Shown here piece after piece: positions 13,500 to 27,018 of a stretch of 64,000 bases of DNA. Source of the DNA: Felis catus (Eukaryota); the NCBI RefSeq assembly GCF_018350175.1, contig NC_058368.1:14882001-14946000 (forward strand), in the 5' to 3' direction. How positions within the stretch are numbered: position 1 is the first letter of the stretch; every line of letters starts with the position of its first letter. Made by a program: the position numbers and the translations under genes. The notes below the pieces were generated by a model. It was not told where the DNA came from. It made no database searches and was given only the letters and a program-made list of their open reading frames with translations.

Positions 13500-13870
13500 G
13501 GAGGAGCCCTGGAAGACAAGTCAGAGGCCTTTCTAGCTTTCTGACTTTGAGTCACTTGTTGCCTCTGAGCCTTTTTAAAAACTTAATCTGTAAAACAGTG
13601 ATAAAACCTCCTCTGTATTCTTCACAAGGCATTAGGAAGATTAAGATCACATAATAAAGGGGAGATAGTCTTGGACAGTGCAAAGAATTTAAGCTTTGGA
13701 ATTTAAACCATTTAAACTTAGTGTAGGTGTGACCCTAAGCAAGTTAACTTAACTTTCTGGGGATGAAGGATGAAGGATAACATATGGGATTGCTGTTAAG
13801 TTCTGGAAAGACAAAATAAATAAAGTGCCTGTCAGAGCCTGTTAGAGTTAGCAGTCAGTAACTATTAGTT
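13500..13870 (+). mobile_element. Two adjacent degenerate MIR fragments
   Basis: TGACTTTGAGTCACTTGTTGCCTCTGAGCC..ATCTGTAAAA and GTGTGACCCTAAGCAAGTTAACTTAAC cores. Confidence 0.6.
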
Positions 13871-14301
13871 CTATTTTAAAATATAAAATGTTATCAATTA
13901 TAAAGTCTTTTGAATATTTCCTGAAAATAATATAAGCTTAATAAGTAAATGAGCAGGTAAGTCATCTTTTACATCTATGTGACACATCATGGGAAAAAGC
14001 GGAGAGTCAGAAGGTAAAGTTATTGATCCAGGCATGTCCACTAGTGAAGATATCTTAAAGCCAGCTCAAAGTGTTATCATTGAAGTCATGAGTATAAAAA
14101 ATTCAAAAGAAATTAAACTCCAGTCTAGAAAGAAGTATCATTTATATTAATGCAACTATAAGAATCAACAAACAAATGGAAGATAATAGAAACTTCTTGG
14201 GGGTTTTCCTCCAAAATGGAATCAACGGTAATTAAATCAGGATTTTAAAGTAATTGCCTATTAACATTAGCACTTTGAGTTTGATTTAAATATGGATAAG
14301 T

Positions 14302-14455
14302 CTTTTTTTTAGATTTATGCAGGCATAATTGATACACAAAAAATTACACAAATTTAATGGACATATCTTGACGAGTTTGGATGTATGCATACACCCATGA
14401 TACCATCACCACAACCAAGGTACTAAACATACCCTCACATCAAAATAAATATGAA
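14302..14455 (-). mobile_element. Ancient L1M 3' terminal fragment
   Basis: T-run followed by GAGTTTGGATGTATGCATACACCCATGATACCATCACCACAACCAAGG, typical of an antisense L1MB/MC/MD 3' end. Confidence 0.75.
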
Positions 14456-14764
14456 TAACTCCTGTGCAACATACTTTTCTTGTCCTTTTATTTTTATTCC
14501 TGAAAGAACAAAAGTCAGTTCTCCTGAATTTATTCTGTTTTCCCTGAGATGATCTCCAGGAAATGATGACAAGCATGCCTCTAATGTTAATGCTGCAGAT
14601 GTTTGAGCCTTGGATTTGCATACTGTATTAAATTGTAAAATTGGCCCAATAATCAATTCTAATCCCTAAACTTTGAAGGCTGTAAGTCATGACATCAATC
14701 ACACATACAAATGAGCAGGAAAACAAAATGAGTTTCATGCAAATTTTATCTAACCAAGTCCTCT

Positions 14765-14942
14765 CTCATTGGTATGGTGATAAACTGGCCTTCAGGTGCG
14801 AGAGGGGGGAAGGCTTTAATTTACCAATTTCCAAGGTATGAATTCTCCCACCATGGCTGATTTCAAGCTACCAAAAATGGAATGACCAGATCACAAAACT
14901 TCTGTGTATCTGCCGGGGACAGTGAGTTCCAGTATACCACTG
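14765..14942. mobile_element. MER63-like hAT non-autonomous DNA transposon
   Basis: CTCCCACCATGGCTGATTTCAAGCTACCAA core and terminal CCAGTATACCACTG. Confidence 0.7.
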
Positions 14943-16199
14943 CCACCTACCATTTGAAATAAAAGGTGTTGGTAAGGTGCAAGTGTAGGAAAACATGAAA
15001 ATATCAGGCGAACGTCAAGGGGCACCACAACACTCTGCTATCTTCAACCCCTTCTGCCCACCAGACCAAGAAGATGCTCTCCACCTCTGCCTCTTCCCAT
15101 GTTACTGTGTCCCCGTGTGAATCCAGCTCATAACCTCCCCTTAGTTGTTTCTCCAGCCATCTGCACATCTTCACTCATTTCTCTCTGTCCATCTTTGGCT
15201 TTCTTTCCTCTCTGTTTCTACCCCTGTCTCTGTTTCTGTCTCTGTCTCTCTCTGGGTTTCTGTCTTTCTCTTCCTTTCCTAGTCTCTACCCACACTCCTC
15301 CCCTTACTTCTTTTGGGTAACATCTATATCCCAATGTTTACAAAGCCATATTTTGAGTATCTTTTCCAGTCTGGCTTGGCCTCTCAAGATTGAAGACTTA
15401 ACTTAGAACAGAAACCTAAGTCTTACTACTTACACAAAATATCTGATAACTAATTTCTTTTTAATTACCCTGTTCCCTCTCTCCCCAGCACTCTTCATTG
15501 ATAGGGCTACAATGTAATATTGGGGCTCCAAATAACTTAAAGCTTGAATTTAATTGTTTCGCATTCAGTGTGTGCTTTTATCATTTTGTTGCAAAAGGAA
15601 ATAAGGTTGCTACTTACACCACTATTTTTATGTGTCCTTTCAGTTCCTAGAAAAGCAGCAGTCAACTATAGTCAACATGGATTTTAGGGCAACCTGAGTT
15701 ATGTACTACATAAAAGTGGTAAAGCAAGAATACGGATCACTTCTTTCCTTGGCCACATGCTGACACTTATAAAGATAATAATATTGTCCAAAGAGATACT
15801 ATTTCCGTGGGTATAATATGTTGTTTCTTGGAATTCCTGAATGGCAAACCTAATAATATCTTGATCTCCTACAAAGCATTACACCACCTACAGATTTTAA
15901 TAACAATGATTCCTTATACTTTCATGTGGTTTTGAACCAAAAAGGGTAGATGTGTGTGTGTACAATCATATTTCATTTACATGTTAAGCTACCAGATTTC
16001 AGATATGTTAAACATCATATATGATAGAGAATTATAATCGTAATGAATTATAAATTTAAATTTAAATTATCAATTTTATGTTCATTTTGAATGTCATTTA
16101 GGTAAGGTTCCTTAGGGAGGTAAATGAAAAAGAACTGAAATATACACTGAAAATACAGTATCTATAACAAACGCATTAAGAATTTTAAGAGAGTGACCT

Positions 16200-16287
16200 G
16201 GGGAACCTGGGTGGCTCAGTCGGTTCAGTGTCCTACTTAGGTCAGGTCATGATCTCACGGTTCGTGAGTTTGAACTCCACGCTGGGA

Positions 16288-16342
<55 letters not shown>

Positions 16343-16456
16343 TCTCTCTTCCCCTCTCTCTCTGCCCTTCTTCCCTTGCACATGAGCTCGCTCTCTCTCT
16401 CTCTCTCTCTCAAAATAAATAAATAAATAAGCTTTTTAAAAAAAATTTAAAAAATA
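16200..16456 (+). mobile_element. SINEC with expanded (CT)n
   Basis: GGGGAACCTGGGTGGCTCAGTCGG head, long CT tract, A-rich tail. Confidence 0.93.
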
Positions 16457-17135
16457 CAGTGTGGCCTGTAGCCTGGGATGGCAGAGAAAGGAAGGTTTTA
16501 TGGAGAAGGAAAGCCTCTGAAGATAGTGGACCATGTCATTTATTTTTACTTAATAGAAGTCCAATAATTTACTGAAACTGAGAGAATGACAGAGAGGCAA
16601 GAGACCATAAACATCATCTTCTGCAGCTTTCTCATCCTACAAAGGAGGAAGCCAAGTCCCAGAAAAGCTCAGTGGCTTGCCTAAAGTTACCTTGCTAAGC
16701 TGGGCCCTTGGGGACCGGTATGGCTTGGAGAGACAGAGGAGGTCTCTGTGCACACAAGAGCAAGAGCCAAGGAGGTGGCGACGTGCACGGGTCCACTCCT
16801 GCCCCCTGAGGGCTTGTTCTAGGGCCATGGGATGGTTGAGTCTGTTTGCTCATGGTTAAAGGAATAGGGCTTCCCTGGCACAAGGCAGAGAATCCCAAGA
16901 TCCAAACACAGTGACAAGCACTCCAGAGCCCGGTTCTGACTGAAGATGGGAAGTGAAAAATGGAACACTGAGGGCCTATGGGGCAGAGCTTTCTGGTAAG
17001 TCAAGAACTAAACAAGCACGGGCCTTTCTTGGCACATACATTTCTTTCTATTAATCAAACATATAATCTCAGAGGCTTTTTTAGATTGGACTCGTAAGCA
17101 AGTTCTTAAGCAACTTTTACACAATTGATCTTTTA

Positions 17136-17378
17136 TTTATTTATTTATTTGCTTATTTCTGAGAGAGAGAGAGAGATACAGAGAGAGAGAGAGAGAGACA
17201 GAGACAGAGCACGAGCAGGAGAGAAGCAGAGAGAGGGGGGGAGACACAGAGTCCAAAGCAGGCTCCAGGCTCTGAGCTGTCAGCACGGAGCCCAAGGCAG
17301 GGCTCAAACTCATGAACTACAAGATCGTGATCTGAGTTGAAGTCAGATGTTCAACCAATTGAGCCACCCAGGCGCCCC
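17136..17378 (-). mobile_element. SINEC
   Basis: Perfect TSD CACAATTGATCTTTTA at 17120-17135 and 17379-17394. Confidence 0.96.
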
Positions 17379-17569
17379 CACAATTGATCTTTTAGAAGCC
17401 ACTTACTTGGTGGCACTATTCAGGTACATCCTGGGATGTTTTCCATAAATGCCAGCATGACCGTGAACACAGGTGACATTTATTTAACTTTTACTGTGTC
17501 CTATGAGAAGCATAGTAGCAAGCTACCTTGTTGAATACTAAAAAACAACTCACTGCATTAGACACTATT

Positions 17570-17700
17570 TTTTTTTCTTTTCACCCTGCAGATAAGGAAA
17601 CTGAAGTATTGAGAAGTTAAAGGGAATGTGCCCAAGTCCACACAGCCAGGAAGTGGCTGGTTTGAAACTTGAATGAAGTTTCTCTGACTTCGGAGCCAAT
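17570..17700 (-). mobile_element. MIR fragment
   Basis: CAGATAAGGAAACTGAAG..GAGAAGTTAAAGGGAATGTGCCCAAGTCCACACAGC. Confidence 0.75.
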
Positions 17701-19215
17701 GATCCTCGTCATCCGTTTTAGAAAGTAACTCTGTGTGGGCAGAATTTATGTCTAACATTTTACAATTCACATCACCATACCCCATGAAGAGAGAAGGTAG
17801 TTTACATGACTCAGCAGTCATTAGGGTGCGAGAAGAACCCTTTCAGATGCTCAGCTGGCTTTTTGGTCTTTGGTTCTAGCAAATGCCATTTTCAACTTTA
17901 AAAGTGACTTAGTTTAAAAAAGATACAAATATCTCACTTCAGGTAAGGGATGACTAGGGAATTGATTTAGGAACAGAGAGAATCTCAAAAACATTAAGGC
18001 TTTAAAAGAAAATTCCAGAAATAACTCTTGGCCAACCATGTATTTCTGAAGTGTGAAACTGCAACCCATTGCCAGATCTTCTGAATAAAATCTGTGAAAA
18101 TCAAAGGACATAATCTGGTAGGATTTCTTCTGCCATTAGAACTATACTGAGATGCAGACAATTCTGGTTGAAACGTTTCACTCTTCCAAAAAGCAGCAGC
18201 TGGTCTCTGGTATAAAAAGCAAGTTGGTGAATAAAATTCACACTCTTCAAAATGTGCGAACATTGGTGAGGTTTTTTCAGCACTGCTTTCTTCTAAAGCT
18301 AAACCAGGGAGGCAAACACTGCCTTTTAAAAATGCCTTTTAAATTTAAATTCCTGTCATTTTTCTGGGTAAAATGTTGTATTTACAGTGCAGCACAGTCA
18401 AGGTTAGCATGTATGTGTGCACACACAAATACAATGCCCTTCTAGCTTCAAAACAAGCTACGAGTCCAAAAAATGATCTTCGATTCATTCAAACAAAGAC
18501 CTAATTTTATCATAAAATCCTGAAGGTGTGCCTGACAACCATCTATATATTGCCACACAAACTAAATCAGTTTCTGGCACAATACTTCTGAACTCAGTGT
18601 CTAGTAATGCATACATTATTTTCCCCAAATCTAAAATTGAGGTGACTCTACTAAGTAACATTTATATAACAAAAAGAACTTTCCTTTTCTTTAAGTTTAT
18701 CAGGTTACCGATAAGATTCAAGCAATGATGCTAATTTCATAAAACTCAATACTTTTCCAGCCCCTTGGTTCAGCAAAATGATAATACTTAAAACACTTCA
18801 TCTAATGTGACAGTATCTTTGGAAAGGTGAATATCTAGAAGGGATTTCCATCTATTGGAATCTGTAAGACTTTTTAGATGAGGTAATATTCTTTAACAGC
18901 TTTTTCTGGTTTTAAAGATAAGAGAGTCTCACAGGTAAACTAAACACATATGCCCATCGTTTATTAGTTTGACTTTTGCTATGATCATCCACGTGCTTTT
19001 TTAAAAAAGTTAATTTCATTTTTAGAACAGTTTTAGACTTACAGAAAATAATGCAAAGATAATTCAGAGCTTACTCTGTAAACTCTCACACCCAGTTTCC
19101 CCTATTATTAATATTTTTATATTAGTGTTGCATTAGTATTACAATGAATGGACCAAACTTTTTTAACCAAAGTCTATATATTCACATTTCCTTAGTTTTT
19201 ACTTTATCTACTTTT

Positions 19216-19402
19216 TTAATGTTTATTTTTATTCATTTAGAGAAAGAGTACGAGTGGGGGAGGAGCAGAGAGAGGGAGAGAAAGAATACCTTGCAGACTC
19301 TGCACTGTCAGCACAGAGCACAATGTGGGACTTGAACTCACAAACTGTGAGATCATGACCTGAGCCGAAACCAAGAGTCAGACAGTCACCCAGGCACCCC
19401 CC
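19216..19402 (-). mobile_element. SINEC
   Basis: TSD TTATCTACTTTT at 19204-19215 and 19403-19414. Confidence 0.93.
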
Positions 19403-20517
19403 TTATCTACTTTTCATTTTGTAAGATCTTCTTCATGATACTACATTATATTTAGTCATTATGTCCCGTTAAGGCTTCTCTTGGGTATGGCAGTTAATTA
19501 GACTTTCCTTGTTTTCGATGATCTTTACAGTTTTGAGGAGTACGTGCCAGATATTTGTAGAATATCCCTCAACTAGGATTAGCCTGATGTTTGTCTTGTG
19601 TTTACATCGGGTCATGGATTTGGGGGAGGAAGACCACAGCGGTAGAGTGCCATTCTCATCACATTACATTAAGAGTACTTACATTACATACTATCAACAT
19701 GACTTATCACTGTTGATGTTGACCTTGATCACCTGGCTGACGTAGTATTTTTCAGGTTTCTCAACTATAAAATTAATCTTTTATTCTCCTTTCCATACTG
19801 TCCTCTTTAAAAGGAAGTTATTATGTGCAGCCCACACTTAAGGACTAGGGAATTATGTTCCATCTCCTTGAGGGCAGAGTATCCACATTAAGCTTTTTAG
19901 AATTCTTCTGCATGGAAGATTTGTCTCTTCTCTGGCCATTAATTTATTTATTCAGTCAATTATTTTTATCAGTATGACTCATGGATATTTATTTGACACT
20001 TTCAGTTATAATGCAATACTATTTTATTTAATGTACTACTCAAATTGTTTCAGTTTGGCCATGGGGAGCACTTTCCATTGGCTCCTGTGTTCCTCTGACA
20101 TATCTCTATCATTGTGCTAGAATCAGCCATTTCTCCATGGACCCCTGGTTACTTTTATTGGGCAATGGTATTAAAAACCAAGATTGGGTAGCAGATATAC
20201 TCATTGTAACTGTAGTGTTATTGCTTCTAGGTCTTCTTAACTAATACAGCAAGGAAATATATGTGTGTATACTATCCCATGTAATACACATATCTATAAA
20301 CATTTCTATATGGGTTATCTGTATCTATATGAAGCTCAACATGAGTCATACTGATCTCTCCAACTCTAATCCATAAATCCTCGGGTATTTTTAGCCTTCT
20401 CCCCTTGCTTCCCTGTAAAATTCAACTCCAACAGTGAGAACCTGGCTCCCACCACCTGCCATCCATTTACCTAATTGTTCAATTCCACTATATATGCATA
20501 GGTGTATCAGAATTCTT

Positions 20518-20704
20518 TTTTTTTTAATGGCTTATTTATTTTTGAGGGCAAGCAGGGGAGGTGCAGAGAGGGAGAGGACAGAGGATCTGAAGCATGCTCC
20601 ACATTGACAGGAGAGAACCCGATGCAGGGCTTGAACTCACAAACCGTGAGATCACTATCTAAGCCGAAGTTGGACGCTCAACCAACTGAGCCACTCAGGC
20701 ACCC
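20518..20704 (-). mobile_element. SINEC
   Basis: TSD TGTATCAGAATTCTT at 20503-20517 and 20706-20720. Confidence 0.93.
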
Positions 20705-22711
20705 TTGTATCAGAATTCTTTTTTTTTTTTTTTCTTGTATCAGCATTCTTAACCCATACTCTCATAGGAAACAACTTTATCAACTACAGGACAGTGCTAA
20801 TGCACAATTTCTTTTGCCTTCAGTCTTACAGACTCCACTCGTTTCCAAAGTCACCTACGTCGGTGCCGTCCCCCCCTCCACACACACAGACACCTCTTTC
20901 AGTGACGTTGTTCCACACATTTGTAACACAATTAGATTGTGTTGTCATATCCATTGCACTTTAAAAAGTAAAGGAAGCTAAATATATTAAGCTGTTTTGC
21001 TTTAATCTAGATGCCAGAATATTTAAAATAGAATTATATTTTGTTCTAGGTTTGCAGGTATTTTGAACACAATGTTTAATCTCTACAGTCACTGAGTTTA
21101 TTCATGGTGCTTATCTCTCTCTGTCTCCTTCTCACACACACACCCCTATACCTAAACCTCTTTACTAAGATAAATTTTATATAAATCCATATGTTGGAAC
21201 ATTTCATATTTTACCTTCTAGCAAGATAAACTGTATCTTTTAGAATTATGCATTAGAAAGAATATAAGTATATAAACACACTCTCTGAGAGATGACTCCA
21301 CCTATAAAGATTTTCATTATCTTCTCTCCTCTTCTGTTAAAAAAAAATAAAAGCAAGGGAAACGTTGCCTTGGCTTCTCTGTTCATTACTGGAAAAATAT
21401 AATTGAATAGTTGACAGATCAGGGCTGTGAACAAAGTGTAAAGCCAGAGTTTTGCTTCAGGGGCTCAGGTCTGCACTCCTCAAAGGGAAGGTGACATACA
21501 AAATAAGCCTGGGTCATACAGGATAGAACATGTGGCACCTTGCCCAGTTTTATATATTTACTGAAGATAGTTACTGTGTGACTACGTCACAAGCAGTTTC
21601 CAAGAAAATCCAACTTTTCCAAACATAAATGTTAAATTATGTCTGTCTGCATATGTTTCACATAATAAAGTATGTATAAAATTACTTGTACGTTTTCTTT
21701 CTCTACATTGTAACCTGATTTAAATAAAGGATATTTGCTTATTAACTTGAGTGAGAAATCTAGTGGCCAGGTTTGTAACCACCACCTAGCCTTAGAAAGT
21801 CACAGGTACCCGTCCCGGTGAACAATCTCTACCTCCCATCTGAAGTACTATCCATCGTTCTATGCATGCACTTACTTTTATCAAGAACTAATAAAGGTAA
21901 AATGGCTCCCAATGCTTCTCTAAAACACCGACCAGAGAGAATGTTCAAATAACAATGTTGTGATCAGGACTTACAAGAGGGCATAAACAGCCACAAGTCC
22001 ATAAAACAACCAAATGTTAAGGATGACACCACTAAGCCAGAGGCTTTCAATGAATTCCTGCACATAAGAGGCTTCAAGCAGGCATCCAATGGGACCACTA
22101 AATATAAGTTGTGTCTCATGCATTGTGCATCTTGGAGAAGCAAATGACTCAAAGTCATTCATTTTAAATGAAGTCAAAAGAATTTTTTGTTTCTTCTATT
22201 CCATCTCCATTAACTTCTCCCAATGAGTTCTGGTGAGAAAACATCCAAATACATTTAATGTGGTTTAACATTCGATTATTGAGATTAATTTTTTACTTTC
22301 TCCCATAAAAGCATAGATTTGTTAATTCATATTAAATATGTGGTCAACTTAAAATTCAGATGGAGTAACATGCCATGCTTAATATTTAGGTAGTTTAGTT
22401 TGTTTTACATCCCATTTCACTACAGAGAAGTTGAAAGGTCAAAAGGAGGGTCCCAAGAATATGGGGAAGGGAATGTAAGTTGTGCAGAAGACCAAAGTTC
22501 AATGCAGTAATGAATAGGAGAATGGAGGCTTCCAAGGAACGTTTCCAAAAGAAATGTAATTACTGGGCAATTTGATGCACTGAAGCATATGTAAATCATT
22601 TAATTCGTGTTTGACATATCTCAGAAGCATGCAGATAGGTATGCAGAAAACTAGGCAAACTTTAAAAACATGAAGAAATTAATAACCCCACGCAAGAAAA
22701 GCAAATTGTGT

Positions 22712-22934
22712 GGGGTGCCAGGGTGGTTCAGTTGGTTAAGCATCCGACTTCAACTCAGGTCATGATCTCGCAGCTCATGAGTTCAAGCCCCGTGTCAGGT
22801 TCCGTGCAGACAGCTCAGAGTCTGGAACCTGTTTCGGATTCTGTTTCTCCCTCTCTCTCTGTCCCTCCCCTGCTCATACTCTGTCTCTCTCACTCTCTCT
22901 CTCTCAAAAATAAACAAACATTAAAAAAAAAAAA
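22712..22934 (+). mobile_element. SINEC (felid type)
   Basis: Perfect 18-bp TSD AAGAAAAGCAAATTGTGT at 22694-22711 and 22935-22952. Confidence 0.96.
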
Positions 22935-23215
22935 AAGAAAAGCAAATTGTGTAATAAATAGTGATAGTATACTACTTGACTCAGGAATAAAATGTAAATG
23001 CTGACTACTAACTTAATAATAAACCTTTGTGATATGGATGCCTCAGAGTGAGGGAGGGAAATTAAGGAAACTGTAATCAAAATAAATCCTCATTTATCAA
23101 AAAAGTAAAAAAACAGTATCAAAACTTGATAAATCAAGAAGTAGCAGAAAAAAACAGATTTTTAAAGAAATATTGAGGTAAATGCCCAAAATGGGTTTAA
23201 AAAAATAAAAGTCTA

Positions 23216-23388
23216 GGGGCGCCTGGATGGCTCGGTCGGTTAAGTGGCAAACTGTTGGTTTTGGCTCAGGTCATGGTGTCATGGTTCATGAGTTTGAGCC
23301 CGCATCAGACTTTGCGCTGACAGCAGAACTGCTTGGGATTCTCTACCTCTTCTCTCAAAATAAGTAAATAAACTTTAACTAAATAAAA

Positions 23389-23447
<59 letters not shown>

Positions 23448-23452
23448 AAATA
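23216..23452 (+). mobile_element. SINEC with internal deletion and (TAAA)n tail
   Basis: GGGGCGCCTGGATGGCTCGG head; about 15 TAAA units in the tail. Confidence 0.93.
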
Positions 23453-23661
23453 AAAAATAAGTCCACGGCAGAAAATTTGTATGGACAGGTGAGGAAAGTA
23501 AACCTTTGCTTTGTAGTAAATCTCTTAGCACTATTTGATTTCTAAGCACATGTATTCATTAGTTTGTTACAAATAAAAATAAATATATCCCTTATAGTAA
23601 AATTAAGGCTTCAGAGGTAGGAATAATATTCTACTTCTTAAGCTAAGTAGGGGTATAGGTG

Positions 23662-23900
23662 CTTTTTTTTCAAAATTGTATTTCGGAAACTTTCAATCAT
23701 ACAGTAAAGTTGAAAGAATATTTATAGTGAACAATTGTATACCCAACACTCAGATTCTGCCATTGACATTTTGTCATACTTCTCTCATCAATATCTATCC
23801 ATCTGTCTGTTGTTCTATCCATCCAAAATCCATCTTCTCTTTTGATGAATTCCAAAGTAAGTTGCAGATATCAGTACACTTCCCCTAAGCACTTCAACAT
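23662..23900 (-). mobile_element. Ancient L1ME-like 3' fragment
   Basis: T-run, GAAACTTTCAATCATACAGTAAAGTTGAAAGAAT..., TTCCAAAGTAAGTTGCAGATATCAGTACACTTCCCCTAAGCACTTCAACAT. Confidence 0.7.
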
Positions 23901-26675
23901 ACATACAGATTTTTAAGAAATATTTTTTACAAATTTAAAAATCAGGCAAACGAATGAACAAAATAGAGACTAACAGGAATTCAATAAAGTACCAATCTTC
24001 TCGGTCAAAATATGACTTTGCATATTTCAGCTTTAAACTTTTTCCCATCAAATAAGTGTTCCTCAGAGTCAAATTCAATGCTTAATAAAGAAGCCCAATA
24101 AATGTAAATTGAAATTTCAATTGTCTGAGCACAGTTTGATTAACTCATGGTCCAATTCTAGGAGAGATGACTGGCTTCCATCGTGTAGTGTGGCATATTT
24201 AAAAAACCCCTACGTTTATAATTAATAATAAGATTCCTCAAGTGTTATCACAGAAACCTAAATGTTGGGTCAGTAAAAGAAGTTACCAGAATCGGCTGGG
24301 ATGAGTATTTACTTCCTTTTCTAATAAGAATTTCCCTCCTTGCTTAGTAAGCTTGCAATAGCAAACACACAATTTTTTGTGGCCCAACATTTAGTTAGAA
24401 ACATGTGACTAACTTGAATGTCACAATGCAAATTGCTGAAGTAATTTTAATGGCACTTTATGGTTCTCTAATCATTCAACAGTGTCTAAATTGATGCAAA
24501 TTATAACATACGCAGCCAAAGAGTGCCTGAACACTGGTAATTTTATGACTATGGTTTAACAGACAATGCTAAATCTAGCACATCCCTTAAAATACTTCCA
24601 TGACTTTGTGGCATTGCCCAGATCCATAAATCGCATCCTCTAAGGAGCCAAAAAGTAAATCAGTAGTTTGAAATTTCATTAACCCTTTGCTCTGAAATCT
24701 GATGGCTGTGCCAGCACAGAGCACATGAGGCACAAGTGATGGCAAAGAAAATTAAGTGGGACATCCTACAAAATGGCCGCATCAAATCTTTCAACAGAAG
24801 AAATCCAAGACTCACGGCCCTCAGGGGAGTGTGTGATGACCCCATTCCTTTCCAGTTAATGATTTTTCATTTTCTATTTTTAGTAACCCCTGACTTGAAA
24901 TATAACATCACTAACTGCAGGGAGTAGGGCTGGGACTATGGAAAGCAGACCAACAGAATGAAATTGAAATTTGAAACTCCAAACCCATAAACATGTCACA
25001 AAAAGGCCAGCGGTGGTGGTAAAGCGAGAATTCAAATTTACACACAGAAAAATCAGCTCTCAGGATGAGAAGGCAGCTGCCACATCCACAGACACTCTGC
25101 ATGGGCAGCTAAGCTCCAGGCCTCACTGCTAAACTCACCCTCTCCTCTGGCTAAATATTCCATGGGAGCTGAGCTAGAGACAACTGTATATTCAGTACTG
25201 GATAGGGGCTACTGAAAACCATTCACCAGGGAAGAAGCATTTATTGACAAAGTTCTTGAGAGTGCTTTACAATTTAGTCCACGAAACGAACAACTAAAAA
25301 AGTTAAAATATTCTGTTTATATTGCTTAGGGAATCAACAACTATTATATATCTTAATACGTACTTGAAGACAATATTATTTTACTTTATGTGGAGTTATT
25401 CTGTTTCTATTTCTCTTTGCATGGTGGTGGCATACAGATTACATTTCACTTCCTGACTCAGAATATTCCCCTGTGGATAAAGACTGTATATTCTCAGTCT
25501 TGTATTTCCCCCACAGTAGTGAACTTCTGAGCCCATAAGAGCCATGTGACAGAGTGTTTCACTCAACACAAAAATAATTTCCAGGGTATTTGTTGGAGAC
25601 TGTGTGTAGAGTTGTGTGTTCTTGAGAAAGTCAACTCCTCTCTTTCTTTGTCTGTGATGGTCAAGACCCCTCACAGTGTTCAAGTTTACAACTTTATTAT
25701 TGTTGGGCATTTGTAAACCAGGGGTCACAGTACCTGTGAGCAATCACTTCAAAGTTCTCAGAACTCCATTCTCTGTCTCCTCCTGCTGTGGAAATAGCCC
25801 TGGCTTTGTAAATCTATTCAGTACAGTCATTGGGCTAGAAGTGGAGGGGGCTGGGAGCGGTTTCACATATTACTTCCTGCCCATAATTATTTACTCTATC
25901 TTCTCCTCTTACCCCATTCTGTTTCTCCCTTATCGCTTTAAACTTATCTCACAGCTTCCATGTACTTTCTGTCTTATCCTCCTCCACACCACTTTCCAAA
26001 GACAATAGTGAGCCCAGGAAAATGTAACAAAGGACTGTAGAAAAAGGAAGCCATTGTTGTCTGGACAGGTTGATTTTAAGATGCCTGGTTGAAGAGACTG
26101 AATTATTTTAGATTGGTTTGTACTGCACCTGACCATTTGGGGCGAGTGTGGCTGCTTAAGAAACATGAGCATATTCTGATTATTTTCTAAGAATTCTACC
26201 AAACTATGCCCAAGCCCTAATGACCTAAAAGAGTAGATGCATATCTGAAAGCATCTAGCAAACTTTCAGAGACATTTAATGCACTGTGAGAGGCTGGTTG
26301 TTCCTAGATCCCTTCCACTAAAGTATTATTCTCTAAACTGAACTTCCCAATTACTTGTTCCGTTCTACTCTCCAGTGCTCCATTCTTCTCCCACAGCTCC
26401 ATGGCTGCCCCATGTGGTCTCCTGGAACTCTTTGCCAAATACCATCTAAAAAATTAAATCAAAGTGCATATTTTTCCATCTTAATCATCTAATGCCCATT
26501 ATTTTTTGTGTCCCAGATTTCATCTCTTGAAAATTTTATCTTAAGGATGGTTTCAAAAGATCTGCTAAATTATTCAGTTTTATAATTGCATTTTCTTTAA
26601 AACCATATTTGTGGTTTCTAAAAAGTATTTTTCAAAGAAATACAAAAGCCATTAACTTTAAGGAATTGGTTAAGG

Positions 26676-26893
26676 AGGAGCATCTCGGTGGCTCAGTTGG
26701 TTAAGCATCCATCTCTTGATTTTGGATTGGGTCATCATCTCAAAGTTCGTGAGTTCAAACCCCGCATCAAGCTCTGTGTTGACAGTGTGCAGCCTGCTTG
26801 GGATTCTCTCCCTCCCTCTCTCTGCCCCTCCTCTACTCTCACTCTCACTCTATCTCTCTGTCTCTCTCAAAATAAATATAAAAATTTTTTTAA
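26676..26893 (+). mobile_element. SINEC
   Basis: GTGGCTCAGTTGGTTAAGCATCC head, CT tract; degenerate TSD AAAG(G/A)AA(T/C)TGGTTA. Confidence 0.93.
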
Positions 26894-27018
26894 AAAGAAA
26901 CTGGTTATGGAAAGATAAAAACATGGCAATGATTATAGAGTTATCATGATAAAAAAATAAGCACTCTAACATATTATGCTTGGTTTAAAAATCATTTAAT
27001 AAAAATGGGATTTACAAC

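Larger units (their letters stand above)
19000..20960 (-). mobile_element. Ancient L1MC-type 3' region, interrupted by two SINEs
   Basis: TTTTAGAACAGTTTTAGACTTACAGAAAA..., GTTGACCTTGATCACCTGGCTGA and CTAGAATCAGCCATTTCTCCATGGACCCTGG match recalled L1MC 3' UTR text. Confidence 0.85.
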
